The notes under the pieces are model-generated. The model ran no database searches. It worked only from the letters and a program-made list of their open reading frames with translations, and was not told the DNA's origin. Shown here piece after piece: positions 26,571-38,725 of a stretch of 64,000 nucleotides of DNA. Location of the stretch: NCBI RefSeq assembly GCF_006345805.1, contig NC_043005.1, positions 62,372,001-62,436,000 of the forward strand. The letters run 5' to 3'. Position 1 is the stretch's first letter; each line of letters opens with the position of its first letter. Source of the DNA: Octopus sinensis (Eukaryota). A program made the position numbers and the translations under genes.

Positions 26571-28554
26571 GACCCATATATATATATATACACTTACATA
26601 TACATATATATATATAGACTCAATAGTCATATACCTCTGAATGAAGTGTTAGTCAAGTACAGAGCAATAATAAGAAAAAAGATGACAAAGGAATAAACAA
26701 TTATCTTATGAACTTTATTAGCTTACAACTGTTTCCACAATAAGAAGTAGTGGACTCATAGTTGAGTGCCTGAGCAACACCTCACAGTTTCATCACTCAG
26801 GCAACAAAATATATGTGTGTGTGTGTATGTTTGTGTGTTTATATCTTGGAAAGGACATCATAACTTTATAGAGTTTTTCTCTGAGTGAAATATATAGGAA
26901 ATTATAGCTAACATAATTTCAGTAAACATTACTAAAAGTTAAGTGAAATGAAGTGACAAAAAACAGTAGAGTGTTTGATTAAATCCCTTGCATTATTTAG
27001 TTCCATCTTTATACATTCTGATCTCAGTTCCTTGTAAAATTCATAGAATAGTACTAGTTATAAATGAGAACATCTCAATAGACTCCTATGCATTTTTAAC
27101 CTGAGCCAACATGAATAGATCAGTGTTACAAAAAATTAAATATGGCACGGAAGGAGTTTTACAATGAATAAGACTAAATTGTTAGTCTTTTGCCTTTTTT
27201 TAAGAAAACATTCTATTGTTTAAAAAAACCCAATTAATTCAAGCTTGTGTTACATTTTAGCTCAAGAGATAAAGTCCTGACATCTTGATGCAATTTTAAT
27301 GTTAATTTGCAGAGAGTGGGCTCATTAAACTTGGGAATTATATATAAGAATAAGTATGTGAAGTAATTCTGTTCTGAAATAAGTTACATGTTTATTTTTA
27401 TAACAGATTTTTTTTATTGAGATAGATCTACCGAAAGACAATCTCTGATTAGCTATTACACTTCAAAACCAGCCATTCACAACATTAGTTCCATTGGGCC
27501 ACTGGATCAGCCTGAAAGTCCTTTCAGCTTGTACCACTTGGGTGGATCTATCAGTCTCGGTACCCCAAGAGGGTAAAATGATATGTAATATGCTAATAAA
27601 GTGAAGATTCTTGCAAAGGAAAAAGTAGATATGTATATGTTAGTTTGATAAAGGTCTTTGTGAAGGAAAAATTAGATGTCTGATAATGACTGATGTAGTT
27701 AGAATTGCCAAAATATTAAACGGGAAGCAAAGGACAAACAAGAGGCCTAAATGTGTATAGGGTTAGTGTTAACTAAAAGAAATATTTCAGAAAGAGTATA
27801 TAATACTCAATTCATATAAAAGTCTTAAAAGAGTGTGTCAACATCTGTTATGTATAGTGCATTAAGGAAGAAGTTTCAAGCTCAGGAAATTAGTTCTAGG
27901 TGTTATCAATAAGAAGGGATTTTGATATACTTTATTTCATTAAGAATTGTTGTCTGTAAACCATAAAAGTTTATTTCATCAAAATTTTCTAATGCTGTAT
28001 ACAGCTAATAGCATTCTGCTGGCAACCTATGTGCCCACTTGTGTTGAAAGTGTGACAGCTCTATCATGAAAACAATGATTGTGGTGATAGAGGTTGATTA
28101 CATAAAAGATGTAAGAAATACTGTGAAATAGATTTTGATAATGACTGATGTTAAGATTAGAGTAATATTCCAAAGGATGATGTTGATAACAAACTGTTTT
28201 AATAGTGCCTGCCAAATTTTCTTTCAGTTACTTGAAGAATCATTTATTTGTTATTTTTGATATTTACTTTTTATCCCAGAGACATATTACTTAAATAAAC
28301 ACTGTGCTTTTAATCAAATTCAAACTTTAAGCTGCTTTGGATTAATAATAATACCCTCAAGTAGTAAGCGGATATTTTAGTATAACCACATGCTGTCATT
28401 TCATTGTTGTTTGACAGTTGTAAATTATAATATTCACTCCCCACTACCCAGGAGTTAAGTTTTGCAGGATATTTAACAAGAAATGTGTATACAATGTTGA
28501 GGAGAATGATGATGATGGAGGTTGTGTAAAGCTAAAACAGTGATGATAAAATGG

Positions 28555-28760
28555 ATAACTGACAGAATCATTAGTATGTTGGACAAAATGCCTTACAGCA
28601 TTTCCAGCTCTTTACTTTCTGAGTTCAAATTGTGCCAAAGTTATATTTGCCTTTCATCCTTTCAGGGTTGATAAAATGAAATACCAGTCATGTACTGGAG
28701 TCAATGTAAACTAATTGCCTTCCACTAAACCCTACTGGCATTGTGCCAAAATGTGAAATG
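28555..28760 (+). mobile_element. SINE family B copy
   Basis: ctgacagaatcattag head, gagttcaaatt B-box, gcctttcatcctttcagggttgataaaatg domain. Confidence 0.75.
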
Positions 28761-29130
28761 GTAACCATGATCATGATGCTGATGATGATAAGTAGGGATG
28801 ATTGCAGAAGTAAGATAAATCATGATGACAAAGTGGTGATAAGGCTTCAATAGATAATTGATGGCATTTTGATGTATGTCATGTATTCATGAAATATATC
28901 AATCTTTGGTAAAATTCTGCAAGATATTTAACATATCTGAGATATACTTCCTTGGTTTATCAAATAGACATCCAAGAAAATAGCAATGTATTCTTAAAAT
29001 TCAAATTTTCTTCTTGAAGCAAATGTATATCTTATGGAAATTATACTATGTGGATAGAAGTTTATTGAATATATTTACAAAAGAAAAATTTCATACCATA
29101 ATTCAATTCAAAAATCTTGTGCATACATGC

Positions 29131-29161
<31 letters not shown>

Positions 29162-29461
29162 TGTATGTATGTATGTATGTATGTATGTGTGTGTGTGTAT
29201 GTATGCATGTATGTGTGTGTATGTGTGTGTGTATGTGTGTGTGTGTGCATGTGCATGTGTGTATATGTCATTATTCAGTCTCATTTCAAGAGTTCTTGCC
29301 AATAGAAAAAGAGTTGGTTTCTAATCCAGATCCAAGGTTCCTTCATTGGAATTTCAACATCAACAAAGTATTTTTGCACGTATGCATATGTGCAGATTTG
29401 TATGTTCTGTTTTATGTATGTATTCTCATGTATATAGTTACATATCTAGACATGTTCATAT

Positions 29462-30465
29462 ATACTTAAGTGTTCTCCTTGTTTTTGAGAAGCCTAATTT
29501 CTCAAGATAGGTATTTAGGCAGTGTGTTACATATCCCAGTGTCCCAATAATTACAGGTATAAACCTGAACTTGTAATCTGGATAGAATAACTGCAGATTT
29601 CTCAATAGTTCACTGTAGGTATTTTCCTTTTCATTGATCTTCAGCTTTATGTTAACATCTGCTGGGCAGCCTATTTCCACAACTGTATATTTTCTCTTCT
29701 CAGCCCCAAATCATTATGTCAGGTCTATAGTATTTACATTTTGCTGATGTTTTCACTGGAACATTCCACCAGTACTCCTTTTTATTATGAGTAGCTATGG
29801 CTCCCACTGTGCTGTGGGTTCTTAGTTCTTTGTCCTTAGGGTTATCCTTCTGACGGATCTTGTTATACTATATAGTGTCCTAGCTACAACATCATGTCTT
29901 ATTGGTAGATGATACTGTGATGATATTTTTGGACAACTGCTTATGATGCGGGAGATATCTTTGGTGTTAACTCCACAAAGTCTGCATTGGTTGTCACATT
30001 TGGCTGCTTTTCCTGCATCTCTGTCCCTTTTGCATATCAGGTTGATATTTCATCTTCCTGGATAGCAAATGTATACTTTTCGAAGAGGGAGGTAATAATC
30101 CAGTTGTTGGTTCATGATAGACTGCTTTGTTGACCAATATTTCTATTGTCTCGGAGCTTTCTACTTACATATCCATGCATGGTCTTCAGCTGATATACAC
30201 TCGTCCTTTCATCTGATGATACATTGCAGTAGAGTTGGTTGATTTCTTTGGGCATGTAGTTAAGGTTAACAGACAAAGAATGCTGCTCAAAGAGTTGCTT
30301 TCCAAATCTTATGCACCTTGGCACTTAGTGGTTAATAGATATTGCCAAAGGGACATGATACAATATTCAAAGGCAGTCTGGATTGATGTTAAGCCCCTGC
30401 CACCTTGTTTTTGTTTTAGGTACATGTGATCTATATCACTGTTGATGTGGAAATTATGTGCTGTG
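29462..30465 (-). mobile_element. RLE-type (R4/Dong/NeSL-like) non-LTR retrotransposon relic, 3' region
   Basis: Minus-strand peptides in order: SDIDHMYLKQKQGGRGL; zinc knuckle CRLCGVNTKDISRIISSC...RHDVVA; YRPDIMIW; EIGCPADVNIKLKINEKENTYSELL...IPVIIGTLG (PD..D/E..K restriction-like endonuclease). Contains stops and frameshifts. Confidence 0.85.
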
Positions 30466-30676
30466 AAAAGAAGGAAACTGGGTAGATGGAAACTGTTGGA
30501 TGAACTGTACATGTAACTCAAAGAGCCAGCCTATTCATATCTGCTATGTTGATTCTACCTGTGAAGTATGTTAAGGGTACATGCGTCTATGAAATACTCA
30601 GCTATTTTGATAGCTAATTCAATGAACAAATTGCTCAGTTTATCAGAAAAATGCATACTCATATGTTGAAATTGAC

Positions 30677-31080
30677 TACTTGCTTCAGCCATTTGGCTGT
30701 GGCCATGCTGGAGCAGTGCCTTTAGTCGAGAAAATCGACCCCAGGACCCAGGACTTATTCTATGGAAGCCTAGTACTTATTCTATCGGTCTCTTTTGCCA
30801 AACCGCTAAGTTAGGGGAATGTAAATACATAACCATCAGTTGTCAAGCGATGTTGCGGGGACAAACACAGACACACAAACATACACACACACACACATGC
30901 ACACACACATATACATATATACAATGGGCTTCTTTCAGTTTCTGTCTACCAAATCCACTCACAAGGCTTTGGTCAGCCCGAGGCTATAGTAAAAGACACT
31001 TGCCCAAGGTGCCACACAATGGGACTGAACCCGGAACTATGTGGTTGGTAAGAAAGCTACTTACCACACAGCCACTCCTG
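30677..31080 (-). mobile_element. SINE family A, full length
   Basis: Collinear with 12490-12888. Confidence 0.9.
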
Positions 31081-31564
31081 TACAGTAACAATCACTTATG
31101 TATACATGTATGTATGCATATATGTAGACATGTATTTATAATGTATGTGGATGCGAGCATAAAAGATACATAAAAATATTTAAAAGTTAGTAACATGAAC
31201 TGATAACTTCTAATTAATACCAATGTGCATTGAGAACTATACTACACTGCCTGGTTAATTTTATAGTCGAATGAGTCACATTTTACTTCCATTTCAAAAT
31301 AGAAATTTTGATTCAAGAATTGCTGCTGCATACGTCTGCGGCAACAAATTTATTTACAACTCTACAATTCTAATTGCAATTTTCTATCATCTTACTTTGA
31401 ATAGTGACTGTTACCTGATTTATTTAGCTTGACTAAGAAATATACTCCTCTCTTAGCCTTTAACTGGTGGGAGAGTTGCATGTGTGTGCCAAATGGGCAA
31501 AAAAACACAAAAAATTTCTCTTTTCCTTAGAGTTATTTTTTTTTTTTTTACTTATTTTCACTAA

Positions 31565-31740
31565 CCCTTTAGCATTCAGATTTCTCTATCAAATGTAATG
31601 CTTATTTATTCGCATTGGTTTGAATTAGTCTTGCATTATCTTATTGCTTTGAGGTTTCAATGATGTGATTGTTTATTTTTAGAATAATATTGAAGGGTAA
31701 ATGTCACAGGCAAGATATGGCTGGTTTAAGTACTAAAGGG
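31565..31740. mobile_element. piggyBac-like MITE
   Basis: ctaa|CCCTTTAGCA ... TACTAAAGGG|gtaa: CCC/GGG termini, short TIR and degenerate TTAA TSD. Confidence 0.55.
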
Positions 31741-32420
31741 GTAAATAAGTGCAAAACCTAAAATAATTCTTAGTCTCTCACTCATTAAAATTTATAATTG
31801 CATTATCAAAAAGTGATGTAAAATATTTACATTCTTTTGATGATAGCCTAATCCATTTAAAATTTTTGAAACATCAACTGATGTCACTGTTTTCGAATGA
31901 AATACAAGCTGATGATGTCTGCCATATAAGGGTTAATCAAACCAACTAGGAAGACTCTACAGAGTTGCTTGAACTGCATGGACTAGTAGCTAAATCTCTC
32001 TTTAAACCCACCTTGTCATTGAAGCACAAGTGAAAAAATTAAATCAACAAACAAAAATGTGAAGATCATGTGGATAGATAAGGGTTAGAATGGTTGAAAT
32101 CAATAGGTTTGCAGAATAAGTGCAGACTTGGTTGGACAAATAAAAGGCATGATTTGGTCTGAATGAACCTTTTCAAAAATACTATATTCTATTTAGTTCG
32201 CAAGATTAATCATATATGTATATATAGACACACACATACAAACACACGCACGCATGCATGCACGCACACACACTTCAGTAGTTCATACATCTGAAAAGAA
32301 GCACGCTCTAAAACATTAGAGCAGTAATAGATAGAAGTTTGTCCATTATGCCTGGTCAGAGAATGACCATTGTTTCTGCACTTATTAAGCACTTAGCTGC
32401 ATAGACTGATGTTGTCAGCA

Positions 32421-32491
32421 GGCAGTTTAGCTTGATGGCAGACTATTCAGCTGGTTTTTGAGAGGTGTGGGTTCAAATCCCATAGCTCTCT
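32421..32491 (+). pseudogene. Degenerate tRNA-like sequence (apparent anticodon GGT); pseudo-tRNA or SINE head
   Basis: Cloverleaf spacing: acceptor ggcagtt/agctctc, A-box tagcttgatgg, anticodon arm ttcag-ctggttt-ttgag, T arm gtggg-ttcaaat-cccat. D stem and loops are degenerate. Confidence 0.5.
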
Positions 32492-32655
32492 GCTGACAAA
32501 TTTATGTTATATAAGGGCAAACACCTAATCTTTCTGCTGTTTTCAGGGCTATACTTTGTTTGAAATATTACTTCTATTTATCTATGTGACTGCGCGTGTA
32601 TAGTTGGCAATTTTTTTCCTTCGTCTTCCCTTCCTTGGATCTTTCCTTTTACAAT

Positions 32656-32690
32656 GTTTCTGATGAAGAGCTCCGCTCGAAATGTTAAAT
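32656..32690 (+). ncRNA. Minimal hammerhead-like motif in a Penelope-like tail
   Basis: guuu | CUGAUGA | a GAGC ucc GCUC | GAAA ug UU | aaau. Helix I guuu/aaau, helix II 4 bp. Extra A after A9; helix III is palindromic only if TG derives from CG. Followed by a pyrimidine-rich tail and (TA)n. Confidence 0.5.
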
Positions 32691-32824
32691 CCTCCTTCTT
32701 TCCTTCCTTTCCTGAGCGCCCAATAATACTATACATGTTCCACGTCCTCATGTTGTTGTGTTTTCTCTTTGTGTTTTCATGTTTGGATTAACTATATATA
32801 TATATTTATATCAATACAATCAAT

Positions 32825-33050
32825 TAATGTCCACTTTTCCATGAATGTATGTGTTCTATAGAATTTGTTGAAACATTTTCTATGGTTGGATGCCCTTCCT
32901 GTTGTCAACCCTCACTCATTTCCAAGGAAGGTTAAGGTAATATTTCCCATAGCCAGACATATTTTTCAAAGAAGACTAGAAATGAACAACCTCGCTCATA
33001 TGATGATAATGCTCATTCTATAACCATCACATGATATCTAGATATACACA
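32825..33050 (-). mobile_element. Old SINE/LINE 3' part with RTE-type tail (same family as 100-364)
   Basis: gtccacttttccatgaatgtatg and ggatgcccttcctgttgtcaacc match the reverse complement of the 100-364 blocks. Confidence 0.55.
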
Positions 33051-33110
33051 CAAAGTTCATATACACACACAAATCTGTCTGACTGTCTGTCTATCTATCT
33101 TTCCATAAAG

Positions 33111-34370
33111 GCAGACAAATCACAAACCCCTTCAGGTAGATGGCCCTGCTTGATCTGTTGAAAAGCCGTAGATAGAAACTCCATAATATGAACCCAGTAT
33201 AAGCTATGGACACATAAGAGATCAGCAATATCAATGGAAGGTTAACTGGGAAGATAGTTTTTGCGTGTGGCAGATGTACAGGGGCAAAAACCACTGATGA
33301 TGTACAGAAAACAGACTCTGTCGCATGCCAGGGGGAAAAAACTAGAAGTAGATGATAGCTTCCATTACCAAGGTGACCAAGTCAGTAGCAGGGGGTGGAT
33401 GCTCTGAGAGTGTAGCTGCTGGAATAAGAATTGCCTGGGCAAAGTTCAGAGAGCTCCTACCTCTGCTGGTAACAAAAGGCCTCTCGCTCAGAGTGAAAGG
33501 TAAACTGTGTGATGCCTGTGTGGAAACAACTATGCTACGGAGCAGTGAAACATGGGCTGTGACTGCTGAGGACATGTGTAAGCTTGAAAGAAAAGGAAGC
33601 TAGTATTCTCTACTGGATGTGCATGACAGAGTGTAAGCACCCTGAGAGAAAGAAGCATCAGATGTGATGCACAAGAAAGACGACTGTGCTGGTATGGTCA
33701 TATGTTGAGTATGGATGAGGACAGCTGTGTGAAGAAGTGTCACACCCTAAGAGTGGGGGGAACCTGTGGAAGATGTAGACCCAGGAAGACATGGGATGAG
33801 GTGGTGAAGCATGACCTTCAAATATTGGGCTTCACAGAGGCAATGACAAGCAACCGAGACCTTTGGAGATATGTTGTGCTTGAGAGGACCCGACAAACCA
33901 AGTGAGATCATAGTTGGGGTTGATGCTGGTGTTGCCTAACTGGCCTGTTTAAAAGTAACCCTTCAATCATTGGGCAATATGCTGTGCTTGAGAAGACCTA
34001 TTGAGTCAAGTGAAATTGTAGTTGTGGCTGATGCCAGTGCTGCCTGTGCTGATGCACGTATATAGCTCCATTCAAGTGTGACAATGCCAAGTGTCACCTG
34101 ACTGGCACTCGTGCTGGTGGCATGTAAATAACACCATTCAAGCGTGCTTGATGCTAGTGCCACCTGACTGCCTCCTGTGCCTGTGGCACATACAAAGCAT
34201 CCATGACACACTTGGAGTGGTTGGTATTAGGAAGGGCATCCAGCTGTAGATACCTTGCCAGATCAGATTGGAGTCTGGTGTGGCTGCCCTTCTTGCCAGT
34301 CCTCAGCCAAACCGTCCAACACTGTCACCATGGAAAGCGGATGTTAAACGATGATGATGATGATGATGAT
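33111..34370 (+). mobile_element. RTE-clade LINE, 5'-truncated (RT C-terminus, 3' UTR and (GAT)n tail)
   Basis: GEKLEVDDSFHY, IRIAWAKFRELLPLL...LSLRVKGKLCDACVETTMLRSSETW, WYGHML, GRCRPRKTWDEVVKHDL; tandem 3' UTR units; tail catggaaagcggatgttaaac(GAT)n. Confidence 0.9.
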
Positions 34371-34383
34371 ATATATATATATA

Positions 34384-34558
34384 GGCGCAGAAGTGGCTGT
34401 GTGGTAAGTAGCTTGCTAACCAGCCACATGGTTCTGGGTTCAGTCCCACTGTGTGGCATCTTGGGCAAGTGTCTTCTGCTATAGCCCCGGGCCGACCAAT
34501 GCCTTGTGAGTGGATTTGGTAGACAGAAACAGAAAAAAGCCTGTCGTATATATGTATA

Positions 34559-34618
<60 letters not shown>

Positions 34619-34838
34619 TACGTGTGTGTGTGTGTTTGTGTGTCTGTGTTTGTCCCCCTAGCATTGCTTGACAACTGATGCTGCTGTGTTTACGTCCCCG
34701 TCACTTAGCGGTTCGGCAAAAGAGGCCGATAGAATAAGTACTGGGCTTACAAAGAATAAGTCCCGGGGTCGATTTGCTCGACTAAAGGCGGTGCTCCAGC
34801 ATGGCTGCAGTCAAATGACTGAAACAAGTAAGAAGAGA
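34384..34838 (+). mobile_element. SINE family A, full length, young-looking copy
   Basis: ggcgcagaagtggctgtgtggtaag ... ggttcagtccc ... tggcatcttgggcaagtgtctt ... (TA)n(TG)n ... atgactgaaacaagtaaga; CpGs retained. Confidence 0.9.
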
Positions 34839-35674
34839 GTATATATATATATATATATATAGTTCAAATATGGGAAGAAAAAGTTGGATAGAAGAAGCAT
34901 CAGATGTGGTGTATTAGTTTGACATGAGGGAAAAATGGAAATGACAGGCTTCTTTTAATTAACATCTACCAAGTTCACTCTTGGAGCTAAAACATAAGAC
35001 ACTTTCTCAAAGTGCCCTGCGGAGGGACTGAACCATAGAACATGGTTGGGAAGCAAGCTCTTCAATCACATATTCATGTCTGCAACTACATACCAATTCA
35101 GAGAGAGAGAGAGAGAAAGAGGTAATGTAGTGATGCAGTAATAAATATCATATGTATGAAAGAAAGTACCTCAGGAGAGCATTCTTCATACTAAATACAA
35201 ATGTACTAAAGTCTTACATATGTAAATATAGCGAACTGAAAAAACTTTGGTTAACTGAGAGTATTTGTGCAATTAATAGACAAAATCTCCCTCCAGCATA
35301 GTTTAAAATCTAAAAACATCAACTATACACACACACTTTCATGCACACACACACACATTCAAAATATTTTCATGCAGGTGTATGTACATTTGATTTTGTG
35401 AGGATGTTTCTGATCATTAATGGAAAAAGTACTACAAAAGTTTTGAAAATTACTTTCAAGAAACAATATTGTATATATTTCATAGCTTTCATGTTAAGCA
35501 GACTGATGAATATTATCTGTGATCATGTTTACTCATTTCACAAACTAAAAGAATTCATATGATTGCTATTCACCTGAAGTCTTTATAGTATTAAGAACAT
35601 GAGAAATAATCTTCCCCAGAATTAAGAGTACAAATTACTGCAAATAAATTTTCCACAGATTTCTGATATTTTAC

Positions 35675-36371
35675 ACATAAGAAGCATCAGATGTGTGCAT
35701 GAGAAATGACTGCTGATATGGTCATAGTCATGTGTTACATATGGATGAGGACAACTGTGTGAAGAAGTGTCACACCCTAATAGTGGAGGGAACCTGTGGA
35801 AGAGGTAGACCCAGGAATACCTAGGATGAGGTGGTGAAGCATGGCCTTTGAACATTGGGCCTCACAGAGGCAATGACAAACAACTGAGACCTTTGGAGAT
35901 ATGCTGTGCTAGAGAAGACACTGCAAGCCAAGTAAGATCATAGTTGTGGCCTATGCCAGTTTTGCATAACCGGCCCATTTAAGAATACTCTTCAATCATC
36001 AGGCAATATGTTGAGTCAAGTAAAATCGTTATGGTTAATGCCAGTGTCACCTGACTGGCACCCTTGCTGTGTTGCACATTAAAAGCACCATTTGAGTGTG
36101 GTCAATGCTAGTGCTGCCGGATTGGCTCCTGTACTAGTGGCACGTAATAAGCACCAATCAAGCATGGTCGATGCCAGTGCCACCTAACTGGCCTCCATGT
36201 CAGTGGCACATAAAAAGCATCCACTACACTCTCAGAGTGGTTGGCATTAAGAAGAAACCTTTCCAAATCAGATCAGAGCATTGTGAAGTCTCCTGGCTTG
36301 CCAGGCCTCAGTCAAACCATCCAACCCATGCTAGCATGGAAAGCGGACACTAAATGATGATGATGATGATG
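35675..36371 (+). mobile_element. RTE-clade LINE 3' fragment
   Basis: Collinear with 33650-34370; ends ccatgctagcatggaaagcggacactaaat(GAT)n. Confidence 0.85.
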
Positions 36372-36867
36372 AATAACACTATGTAACAAAAGTTTAATTT
36401 TTTGTTTTGTTTTTGGTCAGTAAATGTTGTTTCCTACTTGCTTCTGTCTAGAAATCAAAGGAAATGAGTAATGTTCCCTTCAAACTTTGCTTTTCTGATC
36501 CGGACATCAATGTTTTGAAACTCACCTATTTTCCATCACACTTCAGACATATTAAGCACTGAGTTGCAGAAGCAGAAATATCATCATAGCAAATATTCTG
36601 CTCAAAACCCACAGATTTTCTTATCAGATGCTTGACCTTAACCAGCTGAGCATGTCCCTTAGTGGCAGACAATATGTACATCTCTGATGATGAGCAGGAG
36701 TAGTGGGGAAGCATCATAACCATCTGTTGAGAGAAATTCTTTGGGGTTTGAATAAATGTAACAAAAGCGAAATTTGAAGGAAATATTAGCTACTTTTCAT
36801 ACTTTCAATGGGTATGCAAATGAGAAATGACAGACAGTTGCTACCCAAGGACACAAATCGTGTTATA
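36372..36867 (+). mobile_element. Non-autonomous DNA element/MITE, copy 2
   Basis: Termini ataacac ... gtgttat. Internal inverted pair atgttcccttcaaactttgctttt (about 36472-94) and aaaagcgaaatttgaaggaaatat (about 36763-86). Homologous to 3173-3655. Confidence 0.75.
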
Positions 36868-37192
36868 CAGTGTAATTAGAGAGACAAAATCTCAACTGCG
36901 AATATGAACTAATGGCTCATGAGCAGGGTTAACTAATGGTTTTTCTCCATTTGCCCACTTTCTAATTTCTTTAATTTTAATAGACTCATCTTATTGATTC
37001 ATGCTGTTGATTTTGATGAGATGAAATTCAAAATATAAATTAATCACTATTATTATTACTGTTATTTTTCCCCTTTTACAACTTGCTTGTAAATATCTGA
37101 TTTTTCTATATTACTCCTTTTGTATTCTTCCTTACTGTATCTTATTTTAATTTACTTTATTTTATTAAACCTTTTTTGATGTCCTTCCAAAA

Positions 37193-37304
37193 ATTCTTCA
37201 CACTGATGAGAATGACAATGCATAAATTTAATTATAATTACTATGATTATAATATTTTTGTTACATTTTTGTATTGTCCTTTGAAATGTGCGTATGTATA
37301 GAAT
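37193..37304 (+). ncRNA. Type I hammerhead ribozyme motif with long (73-nt) helix II, CpG-decayed
   Basis: auucu-uc-ACA | CUGAUGA | gaaugacaaugca...uguauuguccuuu | GAAA ugugcg UA^ | UGU-au-agaau. Helix I aca/ugu plus auucu/agaau; inner hairpin attataat/attataat. Confidence 0.6.
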
Positions 37305-37562
37305 CCTATTTTGTATTAAATCTAATTCTGATGCAACACCTTTTTCTCCTCCATTTTTCTATAATCGTTATGCCTATAACGATATTTTTCAACTACTATT
37401 TTCATATTCTTATTACTTGCTCTGACTGTTTTGAATATGATGAATATGATGAATCTTTATTAGAAATCATTCTTTCTCTCTTTCAAGACCCCTCAAAAAG
37501 TTTGAATTGTTCATTTTTGAACTTTTAAATATATATATAGATATATATATATATACACACAA

Positions 37563-37567
<5 letters not shown>

Positions 37568-37598
<31 letters not shown>

Positions 37599-37974
37599 AG
37601 TGTATCATGAGCTGAGGTATTGCACAATTTTCCAGTAATGTAAATGATTAATTCTAAAGATAAAATTGAAAAAAATGAGTTGAAAAGCTGTAACTAATGA
37701 GTTGAAAAATAAATCGAGGTAGGTAATTCTGTATTACTTGAATGTTTGAGTGATTAATATCAGGATTAATTAGAAGTGTCTCTTATGATAGGAGGGAGAA
37801 ATATATTAATGAGAAATGCACATTTAGCAATAAAAATATAGGCATGTGTATATGCAGATGTGCATATATATATAAATAATTACATATATATATATATACA
37901 TACATATATATATATATATAATATATATATATATACATACATATATATATATGTACATCTGCATATACACATGC

Positions 37975-38011
<37 letters not shown>

Positions 38012-38084
38012 CACATATATCTATATGTATACATACATATATATATATATACTTACACATACACATATATATTCATATATATAT

Positions 38085-38115
<31 letters not shown>

Positions 38116-38399
38116 GGTAGTGTATCATGAGCTGAGGTATTGCACAATTTTCCAGTAATGTAAATGATTATTCTAAAGATAAAATTGAAAAAAATGAGTT
38201 GAAAAGCTGTAACTAATGAGTTGAAAAATAAATCGAGGTAGGTAATTCTGTATTACTTGAATGTTTGAGTGATTAATATCAGGATTAATTAGAAGTGTCT
38301 CTTATGATAGGAGGGAGAAATATATTAATGAGAAATGCACATTTAGCAATAAAAATATAGGCATGTGTATATGCAGATGTGCATATATATATAAATAAT

Positions 38400-38469
<70 letters not shown>

Positions 38470-38623
38470 TATATATATATGTACATCTGCATATACACAT
38501 GCATATATATATATATAATATATATATATATATATAGACACACACACACATATATCTATATGTATACATACATATATATATATATACTTACACATACACA
38601 TATATATTCATATATATATACAT

Positions 38624-38644
<21 letters not shown>
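37568..38644. repeat. Tandem duplication with about 520-bp unit, bounded by (CA)n tracts
   Basis: ggtagtgtatcatgagctgagg starts at 37596 and again at 38116. The unique parts look identical apart from a 1-bp indel; microsatellite lengths differ. Confidence 0.95.
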
Positions 38645-38660
<16 letters not shown>

Positions 38661-38725
38661 CATACATATATATAGATACAGATATATGCATACATATATA
38701 TATATATATACGTATATATACAGAG

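Noticed and set aside
34030-34210. Regularly spaced repeats resembling a CRISPR array (also near 48350, 53180, 60060)
   Set aside because: Degenerate tandem units without unique spacers, inside eukaryotic LINE 3' UTRs; no cas genes.
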